Notes: a model not told the origin generated them from the letters alone. Numbered from the stretch's first letter, positions 24,177-37,214 are shown. The stretch: DNA of 64,000 nt from Podarcis tiliguerta (GCA_965153285.1 OZ229129.1); one strand, 5' to 3'. Translations and numbers: made by a program.

Positions 24177-25287
24177 ATGGCATGACTGTTTTATCTCTGA
24201 TATGTTACTCATGATTCCTAGATAAGGGGAGTTGATATTGAGCTAGAACAAGGGGGGGGGAGCCCTTGAATAATGAGGGATTCTGTATTCACCTATAATT
24301 TTTTTTTGGGGGGGAGTGAGGAGTAAAAGAGATATGGCAATTATTTAGAGAATGCACAGGCAGGCAAAGAAACCAGAATTCAATGAATAGTATCTTGTGA
24401 TAATAACTGGAGCAAGAGAAATAAGAAGCAAACATTTCAATTCCTTGCTGATGAGTTCAAAGTGCTGGTGAAAACTGCTAGACTCATCTGAGGTATTTAC
24501 CATAAGTATGTTGTTGTAGAGCTCCTTATCTCCTTACCCCATGGTCTTCCAGTGATTCACAGTCTCAAGTATCCTGTGGATCTTAGCAGGAGATGGACCC
24601 ACCCAGGTGACAATTCTGGAATACCAACCTTAGCAAGCACCCTATTCCAAGCAGACTGAGTAGCTGAGAGTTCTAGAGCATTACAACAGGTCAGTATCTC
24701 CAGATCCAGACTCTGCTCAAATGGTGTCCAGAGCACAGGTGGCAAACCAGTTAATGGGGCTGAGATGAAAATGGATCAGACCAGAAGTCACAGTGCATGG
24801 CTGGCACTAGGCCTTTCATTTCTGAGCTCTCCTCAGCAGGAGGAATCATGAACCCAATTAGCCTCTAGATCAGGGCCAGGGCAGCAGGACCAGCTATAAA
24901 AATGACTTGCTGCTGAGATGTCACTGCTGCAACATTTCCTTGGGGAATCACCATGGTGCTAGACTCCTACTCTAGTTACGCAACTGGAGAGCGCCCTTCT
25001 GTTTTGGCAACTTTGTCCTGAAACCCACTCCCTGGCAGTTCTTTTTTCTTGCTGGTAGAGAGAGGAAATCCAAATCTTATAGCTCTAATATGGTGGCAGT
25101 GGGACAATGATCAAAAATATGATCCAAGAAATGCAACTGAAAAGAAAACTGTCAACTGAGGAAGGAAGAACCCACAGGACACTTACTCCTTTCTTAGTTT
25201 GCCTTTATTTATTTACTATTTATTAATATTCTTCCCTTCCGTTCTACTGCAGGAGCAATGCTCAGTGCTTTCCAGGACTCAAATATA

Positions 25288-25525
25288 CAGCGGACACTCG
25301 GGTTGCGAACATCATCCGTGTGGGATGCACGTTTGCAACCTGCTGCTGCGCGTCTGCACACACAGGGGTGGCGATTCAGCACTTCTGCGCATGCACAAAG
25401 TGTGATTTAGCGCTTCTGCGCATGCGTGACCGCCGAAACCTTGAGGTAACACATTCCAGTACTTCTGGGTTTCGGCGGTACATAACCCAAAAAAACACAA
25501 CCTGAAGCGTCTGTAACCCGAGGTA
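25288..25525. mobile_element. Tc1/mariner-type MITE with truncated right TIR
   Basis: TA|CAGCGGACACTCGGGTTGC at left; ...GTAACCCGAGGTA at right; internal CTTCTGCGCATGC repeats. Confidence 0.75.
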
Positions 25526-25789
25526 AATATGTTCTTGGTACAGAGAAGAAGCAGGTAGAAATCCCTTGACTTGGGCTGGAAAGAGTTACCAAACTAAGCT
25601 CGATATTTGAAATATTTGTGCATACAAATACCTTTTTTCAGACCATTTCAAAAAGTTCAAGATGACACTGATTCTTATGCCCATCTGTAATTGTGCAGTT
25701 TCAGGCTCACCATGTGTCATATACATACATACATGCTCTTTTAAAATCTATACCAACAGGACTAGGAAGAGCTCAGTGATGCAGCATGT

Positions 25790-25960
25790 GTTTTGCATGT
25801 GTTTTGCATGCAGAACGTCCTATATTCAATCTCCACCATCTCCAGGTGGACCTGGGAGGAAACCCGACTTTAAACCTTGCAGAGTTGCTGTAAGTCAGTA
25901 TGGACAATACTGAGCTGGACCCAACAGCTTGATTCAGTAAAAACCACCATTCCAGGATGC
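25790..25960 (+). mobile_element. Degraded tRNA-SINE of the 122-318 family
   Basis: GTCAGTATGGACAATACTGAGCTGGACC body motif. Confidence 0.55.
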
Positions 25961-27555
25961 TATTATGCCTCCATTCTTCAGACTCCATAGAAAACGTTGC
26001 ACATGGTATCATAGACTCAATATTAGAGCCACGATTCACCTGCTTTTTTTTTTTTTTAATAAAGGTAAATACAAACCAAACTGGATATACACAATTCATA
26101 ACAGTATCCAGTCAGGGATGAGATGCAACAGGTCACTTACAACACATGATAAATTAAACAGGATTAAACAAAGGACATGCAACATACAAACATATCCATT
26201 AATACTGGCTTTGCTTTGGGGCTGCCTCTCCAAATGGGGTTTGGGGCCATGCAGAAGAGCAAAAACCAGTGTCCAGGAGGGCTAAGATTACCACACAGGA
26301 AATAATGGAGCTAAAATTATAGAAATGAGGAAACTAATAAATGGTTGTCTGCTACAAAGGGCTTGCTGATAGCTGTGTTTCGGATGTGGGGAATTGCTCA
26401 GATTGAAAACTCTCTTTCCATTTGGCTCCTGTTTATCACACAGGCTTCCATATCTGACTGTGTTTTCCCCCCATTCTTCTTCTGAGTTGGCAGAACTTAA
26501 ATTTCTGCATCTATTTGGGTTCGCATACAAAGCATCATCTCTACCAGCCAACATTCCCCCTCTTTTTTTTTTAAACAGAATAGTTTATGTAATTAACGTC
26601 CAAGGCAATGAGTGAACTATTGTTCCATGCACAATGTCTGTACCAATTGCCTGCCAAGTCACTGTCGCTACCAGTATTTAACTCATTACTTTGTCAATCC
26701 CTTTGAGATCTATCAAGTAAAGAAAAGGCTCTTTTGTACAGCCAAATTCCATTCTTCTTTGCATTCAAAAGGCCAACCCTTTTTCAGTCCAGATGTGGGT
26801 ATGCCTGTTTGCTTTAACTGTGCACCCAATATGAAGAAGAGAACTGGCAAGTCCCCATCCCCCCTCCATTTGCAGGCAGATTTGGATTCATGACAGAATT
26901 GTTTTTTTATTATTATTTTGGGGAGGGGGACCTCATCTCAATTTCAGCATAAAAGAGCCTTTGTTTGAATGGGCATGGTTAGGGAAATATAGCTGGAAAC
27001 AGAACTGTGATGTATAGCAGGGCAGCAAAGTCAGAGGGGGAGATATTGTCTCAATAGGGGTTGAGCTAACAAGAATATTGGTAAAAGGCAGAGGGCATAT
27101 TATCAAACACCTTATTACAATTTAGGACCTTTAGAGTTAGGTCTATTAAACATTACTTGTGTGCAAGGTAGAAAAATCATATGTGTATTGCTGGAATGCC
27201 AGAGCTATTGAGCTGCACAAAGTGCACATGATCCACATCATATTATCCTTCACTCCTATGTGATTACCCTGCTACACACAGAAAGCATAGTGTGGAGGCA
27301 TAAGCAAGCAGTGTCTTGGGTAAATTCATGGCCTGTGATGAACTCATGCAAATCTAAACTATATTGTACTACCAGTAAAGTAGATGCAGAGTACGAATGC
27401 ACATTGAGAGCAAACACTTTGTTGAAGGAAGTCAATCAAGCTACATATTGTGGGGAAAACAGAAAAATGCATTATCACAATAATTTCACAACATGAGTAG
27501 CCAATGTGGTGCCCTCTGGATGTTGTTGGAAAACAATTCCCATCAGACTAGAGCA

Positions 27556-27797
27556 CAGTGGTACCTCGGGTTACATACGCTTCAGGTTACATATGCTTCA
27601 TGTTACAGACTCCGCTAACCCAGGAATAGTACCTCGGGTTAAGAACTTTGCTTCAGGATGAGAACAGAAATTGTGCTCCTGCAGCATGGCAGCAGCAGAA
27701 GGCCCCATTAGCTAAAGTGGTGCTTTAGGTTAAGAACAGTTTCAGGTTAAGAACGGACCTCCGGAATGAATTAAGTACCTAACCTGAGGTACCACTG
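27556..27797. mobile_element. Tc1/mariner-type MITE inserted into a hAT-like MITE
   Basis: CAGTGGTACCTCGGGTTA...TAACCTGAGGTACCACTG|TA; interrupts the palindromic MITE starting near 27497. Confidence 0.9.
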
Positions 27798-28912
27798 TAT
27801 TAATCATGATGGCTACTAGGGTAGATGAAAATAAAGACCCATCACTCAGCATCCTGTTCTCATAATGGCGCACTAGACATCTATGAGAAGTCCATAACTC
27901 TCTCTACATGTAATTCCCAGTGACTAGAAAACAGGTGTTTGACACTGGAGATAGCACTGTATTGTTATGGCACTGTGCTGACTACCTGTGTCTTATAGCA
28001 TGTATGCAGCACAAGAATGAGGAAGCTGTGACCCTTCTATTGGTCCAGTCAGCATATTCAGTGGTCAGGGATGATGGGATTTGTAGCCCAACAATATCTG
28101 GAGGGCCACAGGATCTTCATCCCTACTACAGGAATATAAGAATTTTATGTTGCAAACTGCCCTGGGATCTTCAGATGAAAGGCAGTGCATAAATTAAATA
28201 ATAAATAATAACAATAATATTACCCCCAAATTTCTGATGAAGGTGAGTGAGAGGAAGAGAGGAGAGTCTGTTGCAGAAGCAATGTTTTAACAGGGGAGTT
28301 CTAGCTTATAGCTCCTTTTTTTAGACATTACACTACACTAGTTATCTTAGAGGCGGATAAACTGGTAATTAGAATCAATCATGTTGGTGCAGATTCATAT
28401 TCTTCTTGCTGTATCTCCCGATTGTTATTATTATTGCATAAATGGAGGAGACAATTAAAAGAGAACTTTGAATAATTTATCACAAGCACACCTGCATCCT
28501 GAACTCTAGAACATCATACACTTTCACACTTGATTACTCATAACTACATTTTTAAAACAAGGAAATGCTGTTCTCTTCCCCTATTGAATTGTGGTGACAT
28601 GCTAGAATAGTGTGAAAATTAGTCCCATGCAAAAACACATCCTCCAGTTTCTCAGACACTTTGTTCCCTTGCAAAAAGAGGCTTCTATTTGTATACCTCT
28701 TTCTTAGGTCACTTTTGAGTGGCTTTATAGTGGTGAGGGGTTGATATTACCTTACCACTGTGAAGTGGCCCAGGTGGTTTCTTCAGTGCCCTGCAGCTTC
28801 CCTGCCTGCCTGTTCTTCCCAATCTGAAAAAGACCCATGGGAGAAGATACCTCATGATATCTTCACCTGAGTGCTAAATGAAGTGCAGGAAACTGTGGAG
28901 ACTGGGTATGAG

Positions 28913-29102
28913 CATAGGAGCCAATTCCTAGGGGCTGAGGGGTCTTTGGCCCTCCCAATAAAATATTAGAGGGGCCCTGGCCCCCACATAGTTAATGGAC
29001 ATTGCCATTCAAATGGTGTGTATGTGCTGCATCATATAATTGATTATGCAGGATGGGGTTTACCTCCCTGCCGCCAATATTTTATTCAAATTGGCACCCC
29101 TG
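28913..29102. mobile_element. hAT-like MITE
   Basis: CATAGGAGCCAA...TTGGCACCCCTG ends; degraded 8-bp flanks GGTATGAG / GCTACAAG. Confidence 0.5.
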
Positions 29103-30718
29103 GCTACAAGCTTCTGGAATTGGTATGCTCTTTTGTTTGGTTTTTAAGGGAAGTCTTCCCTTTTGCCTTAAAACAGAAATATGTCCTCACTGAAGTGAAC
29201 AGCTGGCAGGGAACACAACAAGGCAGTTCCCTGCATTCCCATGCTTACTAGAAAGCTCTGCCAAGGATGCCGCAAGGTTTGCAGGAAGCAGAGTCACATG
29301 GGATGGCTGCAGAATGCAGACCACCAGGAAGCTAACTTGTAGAATCAAACAAGTTCAGGTGCTCACAAGCCAGACACACTTGGAATGGTCTTAAGAAAAC
29401 AACAACACAACCTTCAGCACTAATGAGAACAAATATTTATGCATCTCAAAAACCATATAACTTGTGGCCTGGAATTCACATTATATCAATAATGTAATGT
29501 ATGGATGGTTTAATCGAGTAGGTGTTAGCAATGTCATTTAAAAAGCACACATAGAATCTGGAAACAAAAGTCTTGAAACTGAACCGAAAAATGGTATAAT
29601 TTGAGGAGTAAGGGACACTGAGCTTTTCTCTTTCTAACTTCAGGTGCCTTACATACTAGAGAGATATTAATCCAAACATACCAAGGAAAACTCCATCAGC
29701 CAATCTGAGCACAGCCATTCTGAGCACAGATGCCCTGACCCATATCTCTCAAACTAATGTATGGACCTTAGTTGTCCACAAGATTCTGTACTTGTCTGAA
29801 TGTTCTCAACAGTTCTCAACAGTTTAAAGTATGTTTCAAGTGAAAATACACATGTGAATATGTATGAGATGATTAAAGGGGGGGGTCTACAGAAAGTAAA
29901 ACCACAGATTAATGCCAAAATGAAAAAGGGGGAAATTATGCTAAAAACAAAGCAAAAAAAATTTGAAACAAATAGAAATCGACAGATTCATCCATCCATA
30001 CTTCTCCTGAGCTACACCACATCAAATGTAGCTCAAAGGGATATTATTGTCATTGTTATTGTTAATTTCGCTTCTATACCACTTTATATTTTTAAGAAAG
30101 AAATCTCAAAGTGGTTTACAACACATTAAAATAAATTAAAGCAATTCAGAATAAAACATTACTGAAGAAAGTAAAATATAAGTACACATTCATAAAGCAA
30201 CATAATTACGGTAACTGGAAACAAAGGAGGTCAACTATAGAATGCACATTTAATGCAGCAAAGTTAATCCAAATAATTGTCTTAAATATTTCAATGCATG
30301 TTTAAAAGAGCATAATTAGCAAGAGAATAAAATGTTATCATATGCATAGAACCTATCAGCTGCTGTTGCTGTCCATCCTGACAATGATGGGCGGCAGTTG
30401 TGAAAGCTCAGGCTCAATTCCCTGGGCCTGCACTTAAGAGACCACCAAGGTGGTCTCTGACCTTTTCAGCAGCCCCAGTTTCTGTAGCTGGAATCATTCA
30501 GGGTTCCACCCACCCAGGCCAGGTGGGAAAAGGCCAGCAAAGCAGAGACCAGGTTCCCCAGGACTCACAGTCAAAATGATAGAGCACACACTTTGTGTGC
30601 AGATGATGGCAGGTCCATATCCCTGGATCTCTTGGTAGTGCTAGGAAAGGCTCATCTCTGAAACCCTGGAGAGCCACTGTCAGTCATTGTAAGCAATAAC
30701 CAAGCTAGGTTGATCCAA

Positions 30719-31010
30719 AGCTTAGTTGGTTAGAGCACTGTGCTGATAACATAAAGGTTACAGTTTTTATCCCCATATGGGACAGCTGCATATTCCTGCA
30801 TTACATGGGGTTGGAATAGATCAGACTTTCCCCGAACTTGAGTCTCTAGCTGTTTTTGGACTACAAGTCCCATCATCTCTAGTTAGAAGGACCAGTGGTC
30901 AGGGATGATGGGAACGATAGTCCAAAAACAGCTGGAGACCAAAGTTTAGGAAACCCTGGGCTAGATGATCCTAATGGTCCCTTCCAACTCCCAGGTCTAT
31001 GATTCTCTGA
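30719..31010 (+). mobile_element. tRNA-SINE with CR1 3' tail, interrupted by a MITE and inserted in another SINE
   Basis: GCTTAGTTGGTTAGAGCA head; GGTCCCTTCCAACTC...TATGATTCT tail; host SINE halves at ~30600-30718 and ~31011-31045. Confidence 0.7.
30822..30958. mobile_element. Palindromic hAT-like MITE
   Basis: Inverted halves AGCTGTTTTTGGACTA / TAGTCCAAAAACAGCT; 8-bp TSD GAATAGAT / GGCTAGAT. Confidence 0.85.
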
Positions 31011-32169
31011 AAAGCCTGACCAGGTATTAGGCAACTTCATAGCTTAGAAGACAATTCTTTGTGTAAATCAGCATTGCTGCCTTAAGGTGGTGATGCATGT
31101 TGACTAGCCAAATTCATTCTAAGTTCACCTTGCTTGATCCTGGCCTGATCTTTGACTGAAAATGTATCCTTTGTATATTACACATGCAAAACAGCATCTT
31201 CCCCTCCCCTCTCACAAAATGAATTCCAATCCAAAACAGACATACCACATTAAGCAAGGTTAAAGCCAAAGGGATCCCATTTCCTTAGATTACAGCAGAA
31301 TTAATTGATGTGTTTAATCAAAGAGATGCTACTTGGCAACCACATAAAGCATCTATTCTCTCGAGATCCTCTGAACAATATTGGCAGACGGGCTGCCTTT
31401 AAACAAACACAAAAACCCAGCACCAACAAGGAAAGCATGCTTGGATCTGAGCACTGTTTGGATTATTTCTTTTAAATGTTTATTTTCTTTAAAAAATATA
31501 TGTTAGCACTTCCCACCTAACCCCATCTTACATGGACCATTAACCTCTATTTTTAGCATTTGACAGGCAACTAACAAGGATTATATCAAAGCTGTCTCAA
31601 ATAGGAGGGAAAATAAAAGAACTAAAGAATTACAGTGCAATACAACAGTTGTTGTATTGTTTTGTTAGTGAATAGCAACAATTGATGGCTTGGCTTCCAA
31701 ACATTACCACAAAAATCTGTTCCTTCTTGTACTGCATGCAAATTATTTTACTTGCATTCTAACATGGTATTATGTCAAGAAATGATAATATACGGCTTTA
31801 TCCACTGCAACACTAAGTGAAGGTTACTTAGGGGTGTACTTATCCCAATGGGGAAATGATTTGTGCCCGTGCAACAATGTTGCACAAGTGAATTCAGAAG
31901 CAGGATGCTCATAATTTTGTTTCACAATGGATGGCACAATCTGTTGTGCAATGGCTTTCCATTAGGACTGCTGTTGTGTTCAATTCCTCTTCAGTGCAAC
32001 ATTAAAACTTACCTGTCCACTAGGCATTAGCAGATGGAGATGGAGAATGTTGAATGCAACCAATTAATTGGGTTTGGGAATATAACTCTGTAAAGAAAGT
32101 TCATCTGGGGTGCTTTGCACAAATGTGTTTAAAGTGACACTCTGTATTTTATAGGATACTATTGCAAAA

Positions 32170-32532
32170 GACGCGGGTGGCTCTGTGGGTTAAAGCCTCA
32201 GTGCCTAGGGCTTGCCGATCGAAAGGTTGGCGGTTCGAATACCCGCAGCAGGGTGCGCTCCCGCTGTTCGGTCCCAGCGTCTGCCAACCTAGCAGTTCGA
32301 AAGCACTCCCGGGTGCAAGTAGATAAATAGGGACCGCTTACCAGCGGGAAGGTAAACGGTGTTTCCGTGTGCGGCTCTGGCTCACCAGAGCAGCGATGTC
32401 ACACTGGCCACGTGACCTGGAAGTGTCTCCGGACAGCGCTGGCCCCCGGCCTCTTTGAGTGAGATGGGCGCACAACCCTAGAGTCTGTCAAGACTGGCCC
32501 GTACGGGCAGGGGTACCTTTACCTTTACCTTT
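32170..32532 (+). mobile_element. Sauria SINE, young subfamily
   Basis: Near-identical to 4138-4499, including the GGCCCGTACGGGCAGGGGTACC(TTTACC)n end. Confidence 0.95.
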
Positions 32533-32599
32533 GTGCAATAAAAACACACTTGAAATAAGTACTTTTTCATACAGCACATAGCTAAACTTTTGAATTCGC

Positions 32600-32845
32600 T
32601 ACCAACTTGGACCGCTTTAAGAGGGAATTGGTCAAATTCATAAAGCATTAGGCTAGCAATGACTACTAGTCTTGATGGATATATTGCATAGTGTGACAGA
32701 ATATCAATTGCTTGGGATCATGAGCAGGAGAGTGCTATTGTGCATATGTGCTACTTGTGGGGTTGTGAATGGCTGGCCACTGTCAGAACAGAATACTTGA
32801 CTGGATAAAACTTTGATCTGATCCAGCTAGAGCTTTTCTTATGGC
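32600..32845 (+). mobile_element. CR1-like LINE 3' remnant
   Basis: CCAACTTGGACCGCTTTAAGAGGG...TCTGATCCAGC...CTTTTCTTATG; similar to 37215-37725. Confidence 0.55.
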
Positions 32846-33522
32846 TGCAGGAAATGTATAAACTATGCATTGGAGGGTTAAGTAAACTTTTAGGGATGGT
32901 CTAGTGGAAGAATTAGTTAGAAAACTATTGCTTTTAAAGAAAAGGAAAACAGTACTTACTAAGGCAGGCAGCTGTTTTGGTACACATTCAACTTGAACAA
33001 CAGCATTATAAATGGAGTGGTAAGTGCTCTCTGTGCACCCCTTATTTGGCCATAATTCTTGCTTTGCAAACATATAAGCAAATTATTGAAACTGCAATAA
33101 TACACAAATTAAAAAGAAAGAAAAAACTAAGAACGTAACAGAAAAACAAAAGAAGAGCATATTGGATCAAGCTATCTAGTCCTGTCTCCTGTTATCTCAG
33201 TGGCCAACCTATGGGAAGCTTGCAAGCAGGACCCAAATGCAACCGTACTATCCTCATTTGTGATTCCCAGAAAATGGCATTCAGAGATGTATTGACTTTG
33301 ACAGTGGAGGTAGAACATAGACATATTCTCCATGGTTCCACACATACCCCGATCCTTTTAAAGGCTACCATTGCCTCTTGTGAGAGAAAATCTGTGATAT
33401 GTGCCTTTATTCAGTCGGTCTCATTTAGAACACCACTTCTTTCACAAGGTATATATATATATATATATGCAGGTATTGGTGTCCTCGGGTGTCTTCCCGT
33501 GTAAAAGTTGGGGTGTCTAGGC

Positions 33523-33556
33523 GACGTTTCGACGAGGTCTCACTCGTCATCTTCAG
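33523..33556 (-). ncRNA. Minimal hammerhead ribozyme motif (PLE type)
   Basis: Mirror copy of 33833-33866 in the left arm. Confidence 0.7.
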
Positions 33557-33832
33557 GCTGGTGCTTTCGGCTTCTTGTTACTGGAACAGAGCAGGATCTC
33601 AGTGTTTGAGTTCCTATAAATACTGTTGAGGAGGTGTGGTGTATAGCCTCCAATGTTCTGGGCAGAGAGGAGGTTCCCAGGCTAGTGTGCCTTTTCTTCT
33701 TTTCTAGCCTGGGAACCTCCTCTCTGCCCAGAACATTGGAGGCTATACACCACACCTCCTCAACAGTATTTATAGGAACTCAAACACTGAGATCCTGCTC
33801 TGTTCCAGTAACAAGAAGCCGAAAGCACCAGC

Positions 33833-33866
33833 CTGAAGATGACGAGTGAGACCTCGTCGAAACGTC
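33833..33866 (+). ncRNA. Minimal hammerhead ribozyme motif (PLE type)
   Basis: CTGAAGA-T-GACGAG[TGAGAC]CTCGTC-GAAAC-GTC: core boxes, 6-bp stem II, loopless palindromic ACGT stem III, GUC site. Stem I is weak. Confidence 0.7.
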
Positions 33867-33948
33867 GCCTAGACACCCCAACTTTTACACGGGAAGACAC
33901 CCGAGGACACCAATACCTGCATTCCTGTACCCGTGAAAATCTACGAAA

Positions 33949-33986
<38 letters not shown>

Positions 33987-34884
33987 TTCAAGTGAATAGA
34001 TATGGACTTCAAGTAAAAACTCCTTCATTACAATATGACCCCAGACCAGTGTACTTCCTGTTATTATAGCATCATTGAGCTGGAAGGAACGTCAATCTAC
34101 TCCTGTGCTGATGCAGGAAATTCACTACTACAGCATCCTTCTTGGAAGCCTCCATTGACTGCTTGAAAACCTCTAACAAAGGAGAGTCCACTACTTTTTG
34201 AGTTATTGTACTTTACTGGCAAGCAGCTCATACCCTCAGGAAATTATTTCTAATGTTCATATTTTTCTTGTTGTTTGAACCCATTATGAATGAGTATGAC
34301 TTGTTATGTCATCTTATAAGAAACGAGCATAGCAAACAAAAGACTCAAACCTCCTTAGCTTAGAAGCAATTGTAAAACTGAGTGTTGTGCATAAAAGGAT
34401 ATGAAATTTTCATTTGTAGCTTAGTTCTGCCACAAGTTATTGACTGATAAAGTGTGAAAGCTCTGTATTTGCCCCCCCCTTCCCCGTTATTGACATATGT
34501 GAAATAGCTTGCAGATTTGCAAGGAGATGAGGGGGAATTTTCCTCTAGCTCTCTCAGGCATGAACATCTCATAGAACTTCTGGAAAACATGGACAGGAAT
34601 TGCACATTAATGATGTGTGTTGGTTGGTTAGTGGAATATTTTGGTTATTTCTGGATTAAGGTTTATTGTCATTAATTAGATAACTAGGAACATAAGAGCC
34701 CACAATCATACCAAATGTGTCTTGTCTACTCTGTCTACTCTGACTGATAGTGGTTCTCAAAAATCTCAGGAAATATCTATTTTCTAACCAGATATACTGG
34801 GGAATCTAGGATCTTCTGTACACAAAGTAAGTGCTCCATCACTCCTCATTGACCCACCACACCGTGGATTGCAATTATTAAAAA

Positions 34885-35165
34885 ACAGCATGATGGGATC
34901 AGACCAAAGGTCCATCTAATCTAGTAGGCCTGTTCTCACAGTGATCAACCAGATGCCCATAGTAAACCTGTGAGCAGGACATGAGCACTACACTACTCTT
35001 CCTACTTGTGATTTCCAGCATACCATAGACATACTGTTTATGATACTGCAAGCAGTACATAATCATCATGACTAGTAGCCTCTGATAGCCTCATCCTCCA
35101 TGAATTTATGTAATCTCTTTTAAGTGCCATCCCAGTTGGTGGCTATCACTACATACTGACAGTTT
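34885..35165 (-). mobile_element. CR1-like LINE 3' remnant
   Basis: GGATCAGACCAAAGGTCCATCTA...GATAGCCTCATCCTCCATGAATTT is the reverse complement of the 37215-37725 type. Confidence 0.6.
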
Positions 35166-35173
35166 TATTAACG

Positions 35174-35335
35174 TAACATAGGATGCTGCTTTATTGGTTC
35201 ATCTAGCTCATTATTGTCTACACTGACTAGTGTTAGATCTCCAGGCTTTCAGACAGAAGACATTCCCAGCCCTACCTGGAGAGGTTGGGGGTTGAACCTG
35301 GGACTTTCTGCATGTTAGGCAGATGTTCTAGATGC
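35174..35335 (-). mobile_element. tRNA-SINE of the 122-318 family
   Basis: CATCTAGCTCATTATTGTCTACACTGACT...CCCAGCCCTACCTGGAGA...TTGAACCTGGGAC. Confidence 0.7.
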
Positions 35336-37214
35336 ACAGATAAAGTTAATATTGTTACAACACCCTCCACTCAGTTTTACCACCTAATATCTTTCATTTC
35401 TATTGCTACAGCACAACTTTGGTTGTTGGTAAGATGCAAGACGGTTTAGAATGTGTACTTGAACTATGTTTAGGATAAAGCATAGTTGTCAGCTTTCCAG
35501 TTGCACGTGAGCCTTCTTCAGGTCTGAATCTACAGAGTTCTATATTGCTCCAAAATTAATTGCCGTACACTATACACCTGAATTATTTTGGATCATTCCT
35601 GTCTTTGTGTGTGTGATGAATTTGCAAATAATATTCTCTGAAACCCATCTTCAATAGCTGTATTGATGCCCAGCCCTGTTCCCATTTTTCCAAGACCTCA
35701 AAACCATTTTGATTTCTGCATTGATTATACTGCTACAACATGCTGGTAACTGACACCATACATTTATGCCAGAAGTATTATGAGTATTATATTACCATGC
35801 AAATAAAATTCAGAACTGAATGTGCATTACAACAAATCCCACCAAATATGAATGCTTCATAGAATTAATTCTGTGCATCCTTAACTGTGCTGAATAAATT
35901 GCTAACAAGTATTAAATTAACTGTTACAATCAAATTACCCCATTTACCACTAATGACAGATACAATGAGCTTGGCATTTCAATGCGGGCCATTTCCACCC
36001 TGAAAATTTGGAATTTAGCTATCCAACTGCACTTCTGGAGATACTGCTGACAAAGAGGAAAACAATCTTAATAGTGTAAAAATCACAGAGTATTTGTCAC
36101 TTGCATTTTATACTGGGGAGTGGGGGCGGGGAGAGAAAGTGTTGAGGAGACTCATTATTTAAGCTTCAAAGCACCTGTGGATTGAGTATTAATTCTTACT
36201 ATTGTTTTCAAAAAGGTCAGTGGAGCTAAACAGCATTTGCACAACATGGTCTATTGAGCCTGTGATGCATCCATATATATTATTACCCATTGACAATCAC
36301 CCATTGAAGAATTGAACAGCAACTTGGAGCATGCCGTTTTAAGAAGAAAAAACTAGCCCACACCAACCAAAGGACCAACTCCCAGTTAATACTATGTACA
36401 AACCATCTCAATTTATGCTTTGAGATGTTTTGTTTTCAATGAGCTAGAGAATTTGAGTTATAGAGTGCACTGTTGTTAGGCCAAAGGGTTAGAGCTAAAC
36501 TACTGGCAGAGGAGGAAGGTGTATCCATAGCAAGGGTAGCCAACCTAGTGCCTTTCAGATGGACTACAACTGTCATCATCCCTGAACCTTGCTTATACTG
36601 GCTGAGGCTGATGGGAGCTGAAATCCAACCACATTGACTACCCCTGATTCACAGCATATACAGTAATGATTGACATTGAAGGCTTCTGTGATGAGGGGTG
36701 CCTACAGGATTTTCTAGGCCCAGTACTCTTTTTAAGTATGTTCCCTCTGTCCCACCAGCAAAATACAACTTTCCATGCAAATTGCATATTCTAAATATCA
36801 AATTTTTTGGGGGGGAGAATCACAATATATACAAGGAGGATATGTCACACCATAGTGGGAAAGGCTGCTGGGTTGCTACACACTACACTCTAAGCAAGCA
36901 AGCAAGCAAGCTTGCACATGCACAATACACTTCTTTTCAGGCTATGTTTGCAGGGCTGACATGACCCTTGATATAAGCATGCTAATGCTGAACTCTCTGC
37001 CTCTGTGAAAATTCCAAGCAGACAATCAGCAAAAATGCTTTCATTACCAGCAGACGGCAACAACAGCAACAAATATGGATTCAGAATGAAACAGGAAGGT
37101 CATTTTCTTCCTGCTTCATTTTGAACTGTTTTTTGACCTTCTCTCATGTGGATGTTTGTGTATGATTCCCCCCTGCTTCTCTTTCTCTTTAAGGCTTCCA
37201 TAAATGTTAATCAA

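Larger units (their letters stand above)
33467..33950 (+). mobile_element. Penelope-like element (PLE), 5'-truncated, inverted-repeat form (copy 1)
   Basis: 219-bp inverted arms (33467-33685 and 33704-33922), 18-nt spacer, 28-nt unique tail (33923-33950), (TA)n on both sides, hammerhead motif; nearly identical to the 41357-42724 element. Confidence 0.85.
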
